Positions 1 through 9,948 of a stretch of 57,719 bases of DNA are shown here, piece by piece. Origin of the DNA: a virus. Lineage: Duplodnaviria; Caudoviricetes. The stretch lies in the IMG/VR virus record IMGVR_UViG_3300030389_002117, positions 1-57,719 of that record; one strand, given 5' to 3'. The stretch's first letter is position 1. Every line of letters starts with the position of its first letter. The notes below the pieces were generated by a model. The model was not told where the DNA came from. It saw nothing but the letters and a program-made list of their open reading frames with translations, and ran no database searches. The position numbers and the translations under genes were made by a program.

Positions 1-510
1 CTACAGGTGCTACTACAGGTGTTCCTGCTGGTGCTACAGGTACTACTACAGGTACTACTACAGGTACTACTACAGGTACTACTACAGGTACTACTACAGG
101 TGCTACTACAGGTGTTCCTGCTGGTGCTACAGGTACTACTACAGGTGCTCCTGCTACTACTACAGGCACTACTACAGGTGTTCCTGCTACTACTACAGGC
201 ACTACTACAGGTGTTCCTGCTACTACTACAGGCACTGCTACAGGTGTTCCTGCTACTACTACAGGCACTACTACAACTACTGTTCCTACAATTACAACTA
301 CTGCCCCTACAACTACAACTACTGTTCCTACAACTACAACTACTGTTCCTACAACTACAACTACTGTTCCTACAACTACAACTACTGTTCCTACAACTAC
401 AGATACTACTACGGGTACTACTACGGGTACTACTACAGGTACTACAACCACGCCTACGCCAACACCTACGCCTACGCCTACGCCAACACCTACAACTACA
501 CCACAACCAG
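1..510 (+). repeat. Compound coding tandem repeats (12-, 33-, 21- and 6-bp units) encoding a mucin-like Thr tract
   Basis: (actacaggtact)n, 33-bp GVPATTTGTTT units, six 21-bp TTTTT(V/A)P units at about 270-392, and (acgcct/acgcca)n TP repeats. All unit lengths are multiples of 3. Confidence 0.95.
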
Positions 511-713
511 GAACACTTGATTTTCCTGATAGGTTAAACCAAGTATTATATGGAAGAAATGTAACTTTGAAAGAACCAGAATACGCAGATATAGGTCGAC
601 CCTATGACTTTAGAAGTATATTTGGTAATATTGATACACAAAATAGGTTTACTGGTACGCCTCAATATGGTACAACAGATCAACTTATTAGTCTTTTAAG
701 GAGTATATCGTAA
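1..713 (+). CDS. C-terminal part of a ~1364-aa Thr/Gly/Pro-rich putative internal virion (ejection) protein that starts at 54338 and crosses the window junction
   Basis: Frame 3 is open from base 3 (TGATTGVPAG...TPTPTP...DFPDRLNQVLYG...TTDQLISLLRSIS) to TAA 711-713, which overlaps the next ATG (TAATG). Base 57719 (A) plus bases 1-2 (CT) give ACT, in frame with the ORF from 54338. Confidence 0.8.
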   Translation, partial: TGATTGVPAGATGTTTGTTTGTTTGTTTGTTTGATTGVPAGATGTTTGAPATTTGTTTGVPATTTGTTTGVPATTTGTATGVPATTTGTTTTTVPTITTTAPTTTTTVPTTTTTVPTTTTTVPTTTTTVPTTTDTTTGTTTGTTTGTTTTPTPTPTPTPTPTPTTTPQPGTLDFPDRLNQVLYGRNVTLKEPEYADIGRPYDFRSIFGNIDTQNRFTGTPQYGTTDQLISLLRSIS

Positions 714-1561
714 TGCTTTCGTTTATCCAAGAACCCATATCTTCTTTTAACGATTTTTTGTCTGATTTAGCTTTTAATAAAAGCACACCTGCTTCTACTG
801 AACAAACCACTGAACAAAGTTTACAAACTAAAGACCCTTTTGCCGGTATTAACCCAAACTTTTTCTTGGGTGCTAGTGCGTTAGGAGGTGTAGGTCAACT
901 AATGGGGTTACCTGGTTTTACAAGACCTAGCAATGTAGGGTATCAAGGAAGTGTGCCAGATTATACAGCAGTGAGAGCAAGAGTTCCGAATACGTATGAC
1001 CCAAACCGTAGACCTGGAAGTGGAGGTTTGCGTTATTTTTCCGACACCACTTTTGTGCCATCAGATTCAGACGGTATTGCTGCAGCAAGAGCTGCTGCTG
1101 AAGAACAAGCAAAAAATATAGCAGCGACGAACTTAGCAAACCCGGCTAGAGCAGGTATTTCTTCTACATTACCCACTCCAGCTCCAGCTCCAGCCATTAC
1201 CCCTGCTATGGGTGCTAGCCCTGCATCAGGAGTTATAAATCTTCTTCCCGTGCCTAAACCCGAAGATTTAACAACCATGGCGGAGGGAGGCATAGCTGAA
1301 CTTCAAGAAGGGCGTTATTTACGAGGGAATACAGATGGTATGGCAGATGAGGTGCCTGCTATGATAGATAAAGAACAACCTGCCGCTTTGAGTGACGGTG
1401 AATATGTTATACCTGCAGATGTGGTTAGCCATTTAGGAAACGGTAATTCTGATGCGGGAGCAAAAGTTTTAGATAATATGATGGAAAAAGTTAGAAAAGC
1501 TCGAACAGGCAATAAAAAACAGGGTAAAGAAATAGACCCTAAAAAATTTCTACCGGTATAG
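713..1561 (+). CDS. Putative internal virion/ejection protein
   Basis: Translationally coupled (TAATG). Pro/Ala linker, MAEGG motif, and C-terminal GxxDGxxDxVPA..LSDGEYVIPADVV domain of a type seen in phage ejection and tape-measure-associated proteins. Confidence 0.6.
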   Translation: MLSFIQEPISSFNDFLSDLAFNKSTPASTEQTTEQSLQTKDPFAGINPNFFLGASALGGVGQLMGLPGFTRPSNVGYQGSVPDYTAVRARVPNTYDPNRRPGSGGLRYFSDTTFVPSDSDGIAAARAAAEEQAKNIAATNLANPARAGISSTLPTPAPAPAITPAMGASPASGVINLLPVPKPEDLTTMAEGGIAELQEGRYLRGNTDGMADEVPAMIDKEQPAALSDGEYVIPADVVSHLGNGNSDAGAKVLDNMMEKVRKARTGNKKQGKEIDPKKFLPV

Positions 1562-1570
1562 GAGATAAGC

Positions 1571-2410
1571 ATGAGTAATGGTATAGAAGATTTGGGAGAT
1601 TTAGCAGATCAGCAAACAGGAACTGTTGGTTCCTTATCTCCTTTCGCAGGGGAATATGTTACCGACATGTTGGGTAGAGGACAAGCTCTGTCAGAAATGC
1701 CTTTTGAACCTTACACAGGTCCTCTTGTAGCGGGTGCATCGGATTTACAACAAAAAGCTTTTGAGGGTCTTGGAAGTTTAAATATTCCTACAGACGAAAT
1801 TGGTCAATTTACACCTCAAGATTTCACTGCTGAAGCAGCTCAAGGGCTAATGAATCCGTACATACAAGCAGCGTTACAACCACAAATAGATGAAGCTAGA
1901 AGACAATCAGAGATATCCAGAGTTGCAGACGCAAGCAGACTTACAGAAGCCGGAGCTTTTGGGGGTGGTCGTCAAGCAATAATGGATGCGGAAAGGCAAA
2001 GAAATTTACTACAAAATCTTGCTGCTATAACAAGCACGGGATACAGAGATGCTTTTGACACTGCTAGACAACAATTTAATATTCAACAAGATAGAGATTT
2101 TAAGGCTGATGAAGCTAGAACTAGATTTGGGCTAGAAGCATTAGCTGACCAATCAGGTGTGGGAGCTATTCAACGTTCTATAGAGCAACAAGGTATTACT
2201 GCTGATAAATTACAATTTGATGAAGAACGAATGGACCCATATAAACAAGTTCAATTTTTACAATCCTTGTTACAAGGTTTACCTATAGGTACAAAAGAAA
2301 TAACATACACACAGCCCACAGGAATAGAATCTTTTAGACAAGGTGCTGGAAATATAATGGATATTCTTCAACAATTTGGTGCACTTAGACAAGCCATTCC
2401 AACAGGTTAG
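1571..2410 (+). CDS. Putative DNA-transfer/pilot ejection protein
   Basis: GGAG SD. Gln/Ala-rich helical protein with MNPY..(A)GAFGGGRQA motif. Lies in the ejection module. Confidence 0.55.
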   Translation: MSNGIEDLGDLADQQTGTVGSLSPFAGEYVTDMLGRGQALSEMPFEPYTGPLVAGASDLQQKAFEGLGSLNIPTDEIGQFTPQDFTAEAAQGLMNPYIQAALQPQIDEARRQSEISRVADASRLTEAGAFGGGRQAIMDAERQRNLLQNLAAITSTGYRDAFDTARQQFNIQQDRDFKADEARTRFGLEALADQSGVGAIQRSIEQQGITADKLQFDEERMDPYKQVQFLQSLLQGLPIGTKEITYTQPTGIESFRQGAGNIMDILQQFGALRQAIPTG

Positions 2411-2418
2411 GGTATAAA

Positions 2419-3753
2419 ATGAATTTAGGTTTAGGAAGTTTAAACAACGATATTAGCAAAAAAGAAACAGCTTTTACAGGTATGAGTCCTCAAGCTTTAC
2501 AAACAATAAAACAAGTGGGCACTCCAAGTATGAAATCTCCTACTAATCTTGCTAGCACAACAAGACCTATGCTTGGAGGTGTAACACCATCTCTTCTTGA
2601 CGCTCTTGTTGCAGAAAAAATTTTAAAAAATTATAAAGCAGCTGAGAGGGATATGATTTTAAAAACTAGTAACGATGCTCGAAGTGTTAAAGATAAAAAT
2701 ATAGAAGAAGTGTTTAGTAAAACTTTACTTGAAACTACGGAAGAAATAGCAAAAACAAATAGAGCACAAAAAGCAAAAGCAGACAAAAGATTACTAAATT
2801 TACTTAATCCTGAAGTTAGAAGTAAAGGTATAGCTAAAGCACCTATAAAAAAGCCTATGAAAATGTCGGCTCAAGGAGGTATTGTAGGGTATGCTTCAGG
2901 TGGATCACTTTCAGAAGAAGAAATATTACAACAACAAATAGAGAATATTAAAAAATTCGGGTCTCCAGGGACAGGAGCAGGAGCAAGCTTGTTTAAGTTT
3001 AGCGATTTTGCTAGGACGGCACCTGCACCAACGGCACCTGCACCAAAAGAATTTCAGTTATTAGAACGAAAGTTGCCTGTTGAGGTTGCGGCTGCACCTG
3101 TGGCTACACCTGCAACTACACCTGTGGCTACGCCTGCAACTACACCTGCAACTACACCTCGTTCAGTGATAGATGAATTTAACCTTAGACCATTTATAGA
3201 ATACAATCCTGTTACAGAAGCTGCCAGAGCTTTTAGTGCACCCATAGGACCTGGAAATGTGGGTAGAGCGGCACAAGCATATCGAGATAGTATTCTTGCT
3301 AAAAGGTTAGATGTTGCAGATAGGGCATTAAGAGAAGACGACCTAGAAGTGCGAAAAGACGAAGTTGCACTGAATAATGAACTAAAAAATTTACAAATTA
3401 ACTCACTTAATTATGATAAAATAAACCAAAGAAAATTTCAAGTTGATGAAACTTTGCAAGCGATATATCAAAATGTACTGACAACCACACTGGAGGGACA
3501 AACTCTTAGTAAATTACAAAAAGAAAGGGATGAACTGGTGGCTAACGGTCGTGAACCTTCAACTAAACTATTAAAACGGTTACAAAACGCCCAAGAAAGA
3601 TTTAATGAGAAGTTTAATGAAGCAGCTGGTGAAGGTCGAGAGTTTAATCTTATTGCTGAATCAAAAGCTCTTGGGACTGCTAGGAAAAATTTAGAGGAAA
3701 AATTAGGCTTCAATATGTTTGACCCAAATATGGGTGTTAAAAAATTAGATTAA
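2419..3753 (+). CDS. Putative internal virion/ejection protein
   Basis: 444 aa, helical, MSAQGGIVGYASGG motif, PVAT/PATT repeats (about 3097-3160). Lies directly before the giant ejection protein. Confidence 0.55.
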   Translation: MNLGLGSLNNDISKKETAFTGMSPQALQTIKQVGTPSMKSPTNLASTTRPMLGGVTPSLLDALVAEKILKNYKAAERDMILKTSNDARSVKDKNIEEVFSKTLLETTEEIAKTNRAQKAKADKRLLNLLNPEVRSKGIAKAPIKKPMKMSAQGGIVGYASGGSLSEEEILQQQIENIKKFGSPGTGAGASLFKFSDFARTAPAPTAPAPKEFQLLERKLPVEVAAAPVATPATTPVATPATTPATTPRSVIDEFNLRPFIEYNPVTEAARAFSAPIGPGNVGRAAQAYRDSILAKRLDVADRALREDDLEVRKDEVALNNELKNLQINSLNYDKINQRKFQVDETLQAIYQNVLTTTLEGQTLSKLQKERDELVANGREPSTKLLKRLQNAQERFNEKFNEAAGEGREFNLIAESKALGTARKNLEEKLGFNMFDPNMGVKKLD

Positions 3754-3754
3754 T

Positions 3755-6700
3755 ATGCCAATATATGAAATATATAAAAAAGATGGAACCCCTGTTAGAG
3801 TAGAAGGTCCCGAAGGAGCTACTTTTAATCAGCTGCGAGATATTGCTTTAGGAACTGCTCCTGCCCCTAAACCCACACTTGAAGAACAACAAGAACGACT
3901 TCGTTACCAAGCTTCTTTAGCCCCTAGAACAACTTTAGGAACTATTGGATCTGTTGGTCAAGGTATTGCTAGCGGACTTTTAGGAACTTTTGAAACAGGA
4001 TTGATTGGAGCAGCGACAGTTCTCCCTGAAGAAAGAGAAACTAAACTTAGAGGAGGAATAAAAAGATTAGCTGAAACTATCAGAGGTGCCGCTCCCAGAT
4101 TAACTTCGGCACCGTTGCAATATGAAGATAAAATACCTAAAAAATTTGGAGAAGCACTTGGTTCTTTTGGGGCTGTTTTAGGGACAGCTCTCATTCCAGG
4201 GGTGGGGCTTCCTGGAGCGATTGGGTTATCTGTTGGTCTTGGAGCTGGTGAAGCAAGTGAAAGAGCAAGAGCTGCTGGGGCTACACCTGAACAACGGACA
4301 CGAGCAGCTCGATACGGAGTTATTCCAGGGTTTCTTGAGGTGCTCCCGGCTGCTAGATTAACAAATAGAATTCGAAAAGGTTTAGGAGACAAAGCTTTTG
4401 AAGGAATGAAAGGTGCTGGATTACGTGTGCTAGGACAAGCAGGGGTTGAAGGGCTCCAAGAATTTGCATCTGGTGTAGCTCAAAATCTTATCGAACAAGG
4501 AATATATAATCCAGAAAAAGGCACGTTTACAAATACGGGGGAAGATCTTGGGCTCGGTGCGGGTGTAGGAGGGTTTGTACAAGCTATTGTTGAAGTAATC
4601 GCACCCGGTAGAGCTAGAGGAGGTGTAGACGCACCACAAGTGCCCCCTCCAGAGGAAACGGGTCCTGTAGAAACAACTAGAGCACAAGAAGAACAATTAT
4701 TGTTACCTGGTCCTCCACGACAGTTGCCGGGTCCTGTGGAAGATCGCCCATTCACAGTAACTCCAGAAGGTGTAGCAGAAAGAACAGACGATTTAACTCG
4801 TAGAAGTCAGTTTCTTAGAGATCAACTTGGACAAGAAGCAGCTAATCTAACCCCTAACAAGTTACAGATGATTAAAGACATAGATGAAGATATAAGATTG
4901 GTTGCGGCTAAAATCACTGAAACAGAAAAAAGCATGGCAAACGCTAGTGTGGCTGACCGTGTAAATGCTACAAATGAAGACGTAAACAAGATTAATGTTT
5001 TACGAAGACAGAAAGCGGGTATTCTATCGGGTATACCTGGTTCAAAAGAAGAAAAAGCAACTATAGAAGACGGTCCAAAGTTAATAAAAGAAAAAGATCG
5101 CCCAAAGTTAATAGAGGATCAAACAAAGCTAGACGTGCCAATAGTTACTTATGATGGTATAGTTATTCTTAGCGATCTTGATGGTAAAAAAGCTGAATTT
5201 AAAAAGAAAATAGGTGCTCCACTAACAAAGAAAAAACCCGAAGAAATTTTTGCTCCTCTTTCTAACGGCGTTGCATTCCAAAGTATTTTAAGATCTAACG
5301 TGGATAGCGGTTTTGGACCTTTTATCCCTACTTTAACAGAAAACGTAGATCCAGTTAAAGAAATTGCTAAGACTCCTAGTGGAAAAATACTAGCTGCAGG
5401 GATGGGACCAGAGGATATAAAGCGTATTGCTCAAGATGGTAGTAAAGAGAGAAGAGAATACACAAAAAATATACTTCAAAATCTTGGAAAAGAAGAAACA
5501 CAGGTTAAAGACGATATTCAAGAATCAGAACAAGATAGGCAACGAGAGGTAGATGAAAGACTTAAATTAACACAGCCTGAATTATCAAAAAGACAATTTG
5601 TTGACCTTAAAGATGATGTAATTAAACCTTTAACTACACAAGATTTTAATAAGACTGCAGACGGTGTGTATAAGTTTATAGTTGGAGAAGCAAAAGAATT
5701 AGACGTAAAATTACCGGCTAATTATTTAAACAATCTAAATAACTCAATTAACATCTTAAAAAATAAAAGAAAAAAATTAGGTGAAAAAGTTAATGATACA
5801 GAGTTGCAAAGAGAAGCTAGAAACTTATTAGATAAAAATTTAGAACGAATCCGAAATATTGCATTCAAAGATATTGACTTACTACCTTCCAGCCAAATAT
5901 CTAGTTTGGCAAACCCGTTGGTCCCTGAAGTGCAAGGTAATTTGAATGAAGGTAATTTGTTTAAGGCTCTATCAAATATGTCAAAAACTTCAAATTTATC
6001 CTCTGACATACTTAAATCACTAGCATACTTTTCTGGAGAGGTTGAGAAGAACAACACTAAAGTTGTTGTAAATCCGAACATGAACCCAAAAGTAGCGGGT
6101 AGTTTTAATAAATCTACAAATACAATAGAAATTAACCCTACCACAGGTTTTAATAACCACGTTCTTTTGCACGAAGTAATTCATTCTGTGGTGCAAAATA
6201 CTGTCAACAACAAATCTCACCCACTAAGATCTCAATTAAACACCCTTTTTAATGATGTAAAAAACAGTTTAAGCACAGCGTATGGCTCAACTTCTTTAGA
6301 TGAATTTATAGCAGAGACATTTAGTAACGTATCTTTTCAAAAAGAGTTAGCGACTATAAATTTAAAAGGTGAACCTGTTTCTGTATTACAACGGTTTTAC
6401 AACTCTATCGTAAATTTCCTTAACAACATTATATTTAAAAAGCCTAGTAAACCGTTAACAGCGTTAGATTCTGCAAATAGTGTCTTAGAGTCTCTAATAG
6501 TACCTACATCAAAAGACGTTGGTGCTAAAACTTTGTTACAAAACACTAGACTTTCTTCATTAAAAAATATATTCGACCCTATTTTACGTTCAAAAAAAAT
6601 TATTGAAGAAGATAATAGTTCATCAAAACCTAAATTTTTAGCTGATAAATTTCAGTTTTTAACTGATAACCAAGTTACAGAGTTAGCTAAAAACTTTTTA

Positions 6701-9649
6701 TTAGGGTTAGGTGATGGAGCTACTACTGCTCAGCTAATGAAATTCCAAGGTTTGGGAGATATAGGGCTACGAATAGATGAAGCTATGAGATATGCAAGAG
6801 GTAGTGTTGAAAAAACAAGGAATAGGTATAGGACAGTAGAAAAGGATTTACTTAACTTAGCAAAAACAATCGAAAAAATAGACGAAAATGGAATGAAAAT
6901 CTTAAATGATATTATTTATGGTGACGATTTTGGAGCCACCCTTTACCAGGTTGACCCGACTAAGCCGAGAGCAGAATATTTAAAAGAGAAAGATGGAACC
7001 CCTGTTACTGACACGAGTGGTAACGTTAAGGTAGAAATATGGGATAAAATACATGCGTATTTAGATGAAAATACTAAGTCTAAAAACCAAAAAAATCTTA
7101 CTCTTGCTATGTTTAACAAAATGAAAAATCATTATAGAGATGAGTATAGAAGACTATTAGATGTTATAAAAGGGCAATTAATAGAGCAAGATTTAAGCAC
7201 TGTTTCTCCAGAAGGAAGAAAAACAAAAAAAAGTTTAATTGAAAAAATATTAAACGATAGAGAACTTGAAGTATATTTTCCATTGGTGCGTCAGGGTAAA
7301 TTTGGTATAGCATACAGAATAGCAAACCCAGGACAAAATATTGTAAAAGAAGATGTAAATTATACAGCTGACCCGAATATATTCATAAAAGTAGACTCTC
7401 TAGCTTCAAAAAGAAGAATATTAGATGAACTAAGAGAAAGAGAAAGAAAGGGTGAAATAGAAAAAGACAGCATTCAAGACTTTGGAAGAGATAATGAATT
7501 ATTTCAAAAAGTAAATTTTAGAGAATCTGCCCCCACAAGTTTTGTGGCTAATCTATTAACATCAATAGAACAAAGTGAAAATTTGAATGTTCAAACAAAA
7601 GAAAGTTTAAAAAGAGATGTTCAAGACTTATACATGAACACGTTACCAGAAACATCTTTGGCTAGACAAGTACGAGAAAGAAAACAGATTGTAGGTTTTG
7701 AAAGAGATGCTTTAGCAGCTTTTAGAACAAAGGGTCTTGATTTAACTTTGAAAACAGACCAATTAAAAGGAAACGCACAACTAAGAGAGTTACAATCTGA
7801 GCTACTAAACAAAATAAGAAAGTTTAAACCAGAGGCACGGAGGGTTGGAACTGTAGCTTCTGTGGCAAAAACTGCCGCCCCAACAGCTACTCGACTTGCA
7901 AATGATATGCTCCTGCGTATGGATTTTGCCATGAACGGTGCAGCTAATAAATCTTTTGAAAAAGCTGTAAAAAGTTTAAACCAATCAGCTTTCCTTTTTA
8001 CTCTGGGGTTTAATGTTTCTTCTGCAATGGTGAATCTTAGTCAAATACCTTTAGTTGTATTCCCTTATTTCGGAGCAAGGTATGGTTATTCTAACACTGT
8101 GAGAGAAATAGGCAAAGCTAGTAAACTTGTATCCGGATCAAATATGTCCATAAGTAAATATTTTGATGAAAATAATAATTTAGAACCTAAATATGAAAAC
8201 CTTATAAGAAGAAGGTATAAAAATTATGGAGAAGAAAGAATACAAGAGGAGCTTGATAACATAAGAGAATACAATACGTTGGTGAGGGTTGCTGCAGATC
8301 AAGGGCAACTTACAAACTCTTACATTTTTGATGCTTTGGGGTTACAAGAAAAAAGAAATTTGCTTGATAAAATAACAGCACTTTCTGCTTTTGTTTTTAA
8401 TTATGCAGAACGTTTTAATAGACAATCAATTCTCATGGCAAGTTATAAATTAAATCTTCAACGATACAAAGACGCAAAAAATATGAGTGCTAGTGAATTT
8501 AAAAAGAAATATAAGCTAACACCGTTACCTGGAGTTTCAATTAACCCTCAAGATGTAATTAAAAAATATGGCGATAAACCAATCGAAGATGTGAAAGAGA
8601 TGATTGCCAAAGAGGCTATAGTTGAAACTCAAAAAGTTAATGCGGGCACACAGTTAGAAACAGGTCCAAGAGTTGCACAACAAGGAGTTGGTCGTTTAGC
8701 TTTTATGTATAAAGCTTTTGGGTTAAGAATGTATACAACTTTATGGACTTCTGTGCTTAAAACTATAAAGGCTGATCCAGATTTAACCAAAGAAGAAAGA
8801 ATAGTGGCGGCAAAAGAATTAGCAGGGGTATTAGGTACGTCTAGTATTTTTGCTGGGATACAAGGTGTGCCCATCTATGGAGCAATACAACTCTTTGCTA
8901 ACTTATTTTTGGACGACGAAGAAGATGATTTTGATACTCTTGTAAGACGACATTTTGGCGAGTTAGCGTATAAAGGTCCTATAAACCATCTAACAGGTTT
9001 AAATTTATCCGACAGAATACGTTTATCTGAGTTACTTATACAAGAAAATAAATTTAATACTAACCAAGGTTTAGAAGATTCTTTATTTAGGTATCTTGGT
9101 GGACCTTCTGCTAGCGTCCTAAAAAAAGGAGAACGTGCTGTTACACAGTTTTTAGACAAAGAGTATTTAGAATCGCTTGAAGCTTTACTTCCAGCATCAT
9201 TATTAGGCATTTTTAGAAGTAGTAATCTTGTATTTGGTGACGGAGCTTATAAAACTCAAAGAGGAGATATTATATATGATGATGTAACAGCCACAGAAGC
9301 TATTGGACAACTTTTGGGTTTTCCTCCAGCAGAGTATACCAGAATACAAGAGATGAATTTATACAGAAAAAGAATAGACAAAGCTGTTTCAAGAAGAAGA
9401 ACAAAGTTATTAAAGAAATATTATCTTTCTTTTAGAGAAGGAAAATATGACGAAATGCAAGATGCTTTGAATGATATAAGAAAATTTAACACAGATTATG
9501 CAAGGTTCCCAGATATAATTATTGACGATGATGCGATTGAGAGATCGGTAAAACGTCACGAAGAAACATCTGCCCAAATGAAAAAATATAACGGAGTCAC
9601 GATAACAAACAAACAACTTATTGATGACCTAACACTTTTCAGTCAATAA
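3755..9649 (+). CDS. Large polyvalent internal virion protein with zincin-like metallopeptidase motif and PLxRFG/LPD38-like C-terminal region
   Basis: 1964 aa. Gly/Ala hydrophobic N-terminal segments, HVLLHEVIH...LDEFIAE (HExxH...E) and YFPLVRQG motif. Last gene of the virion arm. Confidence 0.65.
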   Translation: MPIYEIYKKDGTPVRVEGPEGATFNQLRDIALGTAPAPKPTLEEQQERLRYQASLAPRTTLGTIGSVGQGIASGLLGTFETGLIGAATVLPEERETKLRGGIKRLAETIRGAAPRLTSAPLQYEDKIPKKFGEALGSFGAVLGTALIPGVGLPGAIGLSVGLGAGEASERARAAGATPEQRTRAARYGVIPGFLEVLPAARLTNRIRKGLGDKAFEGMKGAGLRVLGQAGVEGLQEFASGVAQNLIEQGIYNPEKGTFTNTGEDLGLGAGVGGFVQAIVEVIAPGRARGGVDAPQVPPPEETGPVETTRAQEEQLLLPGPPRQLPGPVEDRPFTVTPEGVAERTDDLTRRSQFLRDQLGQEAANLTPNKLQMIKDIDEDIRLVAAKITETEKSMANASVADRVNATNEDVNKINVLRRQKAGILSGIPGSKEEKATIEDGPKLIKEKDRPKLIEDQTKLDVPIVTYDGIVILSDLDGKKAEFKKKIGAPLTKKKPEEIFAPLSNGVAFQSILRSNVDSGFGPFIPTLTENVDPVKEIAKTPSGKILAAGMGPEDIKRIAQDGSKERREYTKNILQNLGKEETQVKDDIQESEQDRQREVDERLKLTQPELSKRQFVDLKDDVIKPLTTQDFNKTADGVYKFIVGEAKELDVKLPANYLNNLNNSINILKNKRKKLGEKVNDTELQREARNLLDKNLERIRNIAFKDIDLLPSSQISSLANPLVPEVQGNLNEGNLFKALSNMSKTSNLSSDILKSLAYFSGEVEKNNTKVVVNPNMNPKVAGSFNKSTNTIEINPTTGFNNHVLLHEVIHSVVQNTVNNKSHPLRSQLNTLFNDVKNSLSTAYGSTSLDEFIAETFSNVSFQKELATINLKGEPVSVLQRFYNSIVNFLNNIIFKKPSKPLTALDSANSVLESLIVPTSKDVGAKTLLQNTRLSSLKNIFDPILRSKKIIEEDNSSSKPKFLADKFQFLTDNQVTELAKNFLLGLGDGATTAQLMKFQGLGDIGLRIDEAMRYARGSVEKTRNRYRTVEKDLLNLAKTIEKIDENGMKILNDIIYGDDFGATLYQVDPTKPRAEYLKEKDGTPVTDTSGNVKVEIWDKIHAYLDENTKSKNQKNLTLAMFNKMKNHYRDEYRRLLDVIKGQLIEQDLSTVSPEGRKTKKSLIEKILNDRELEVYFPLVRQGKFGIAYRIANPGQNIVKEDVNYTADPNIFIKVDSLASKRRILDELRERERKGEIEKDSIQDFGRDNELFQKVNFRESAPTSFVANLLTSIEQSENLNVQTKESLKRDVQDLYMNTLPETSLARQVRERKQIVGFERDALAAFRTKGLDLTLKTDQLKGNAQLRELQSELLNKIRKFKPEARRVGTVASVAKTAAPTATRLANDMLLRMDFAMNGAANKSFEKAVKSLNQSAFLFTLGFNVSSAMVNLSQIPLVVFPYFGARYGYSNTVREIGKASKLVSGSNMSISKYFDENNNLEPKYENLIRRRYKNYGEERIQEELDNIREYNTLVRVAADQGQLTNSYIFDALGLQEKRNLLDKITALSAFVFNYAERFNRQSILMASYKLNLQRYKDAKNMSASEFKKKYKLTPLPGVSINPQDVIKKYGDKPIEDVKEMIAKEAIVETQKVNAGTQLETGPRVAQQGVGRLAFMYKAFGLRMYTTLWTSVLKTIKADPDLTKEERIVAAKELAGVLGTSSIFAGIQGVPIYGAIQLFANLFLDDEEDDFDTLVRRHFGELAYKGPINHLTGLNLSDRIRLSELLIQENKFNTNQGLEDSLFRYLGGPSASVLKKGERAVTQFLDKEYLESLEALLPASLLGIFRSSNLVFGDGAYKTQRGDIIYDDVTATEAIGQLLGFPPAEYTRIQEMNLYRKRIDKAVSRRRTKLLKKYYLSFREGKYDEMQDALNDIRKFNTDYARFPDIIIDDDAIERSVKRHEETSAQMKKYNGVTITNKQLIDDLTLFSQ

Positions 9650-9673
9650 AAAAATACCGCCCGAAGGCGGTAT
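9647..9673 (-). terminator. Rho-independent terminator at the convergence of the two arms
   Basis: Minus strand reads ATACCGCC-TTCG-GGCGGTAT followed by a T-run: an 8-bp stem with a C(UUCG)G tetraloop. Confidence 0.85.
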
Positions 9674-9714
9674 GAGAAGAGAGAATGTGCAGAATACACT
9701 GCATATCCCTCATA

Positions 9715-9948
9715 TCACATAATTCTCCACATGCGAACCCCTAATTTACCATTTTCTATACGAACATGCGTTTCTACTTGCCATTTTTTGTTTTTTGCAG
9801 TTGTTTGTAGCTGTTCAACTGCTTTACTTGTGTTGATACAAGGAATAAACACAGAAGAACTTGTTACCATACGGTCCCAGTTTACTATGATCCGAATGCC
9901 GTCGGGGTTCAAATCATGTATCTTTAATATTCCCTGCCTTATTCTCAT
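9715..9948 (-). CDS. Hypothetical protein
   Basis: 77-aa ORF overlapping the end of the primase gene. Ends in G.RxWR, as in small phage DNA-binding proteins. Confidence 0.55.
   Translation of the reverse strand: MRIRQGILKIHDLNPDGIRIIVNWDRMVTSSSVFIPCINTSKAVEQLQTTAKNKKWQVETHVRIENGKLGVRMWRIM

Noticed and set aside
7-537. Track ORF encoding LLQV repeats
   Set aside because: Shadow frame of the Thr repeat. Frame 3 continues the 54338 ORF and is coupled to the next gene.
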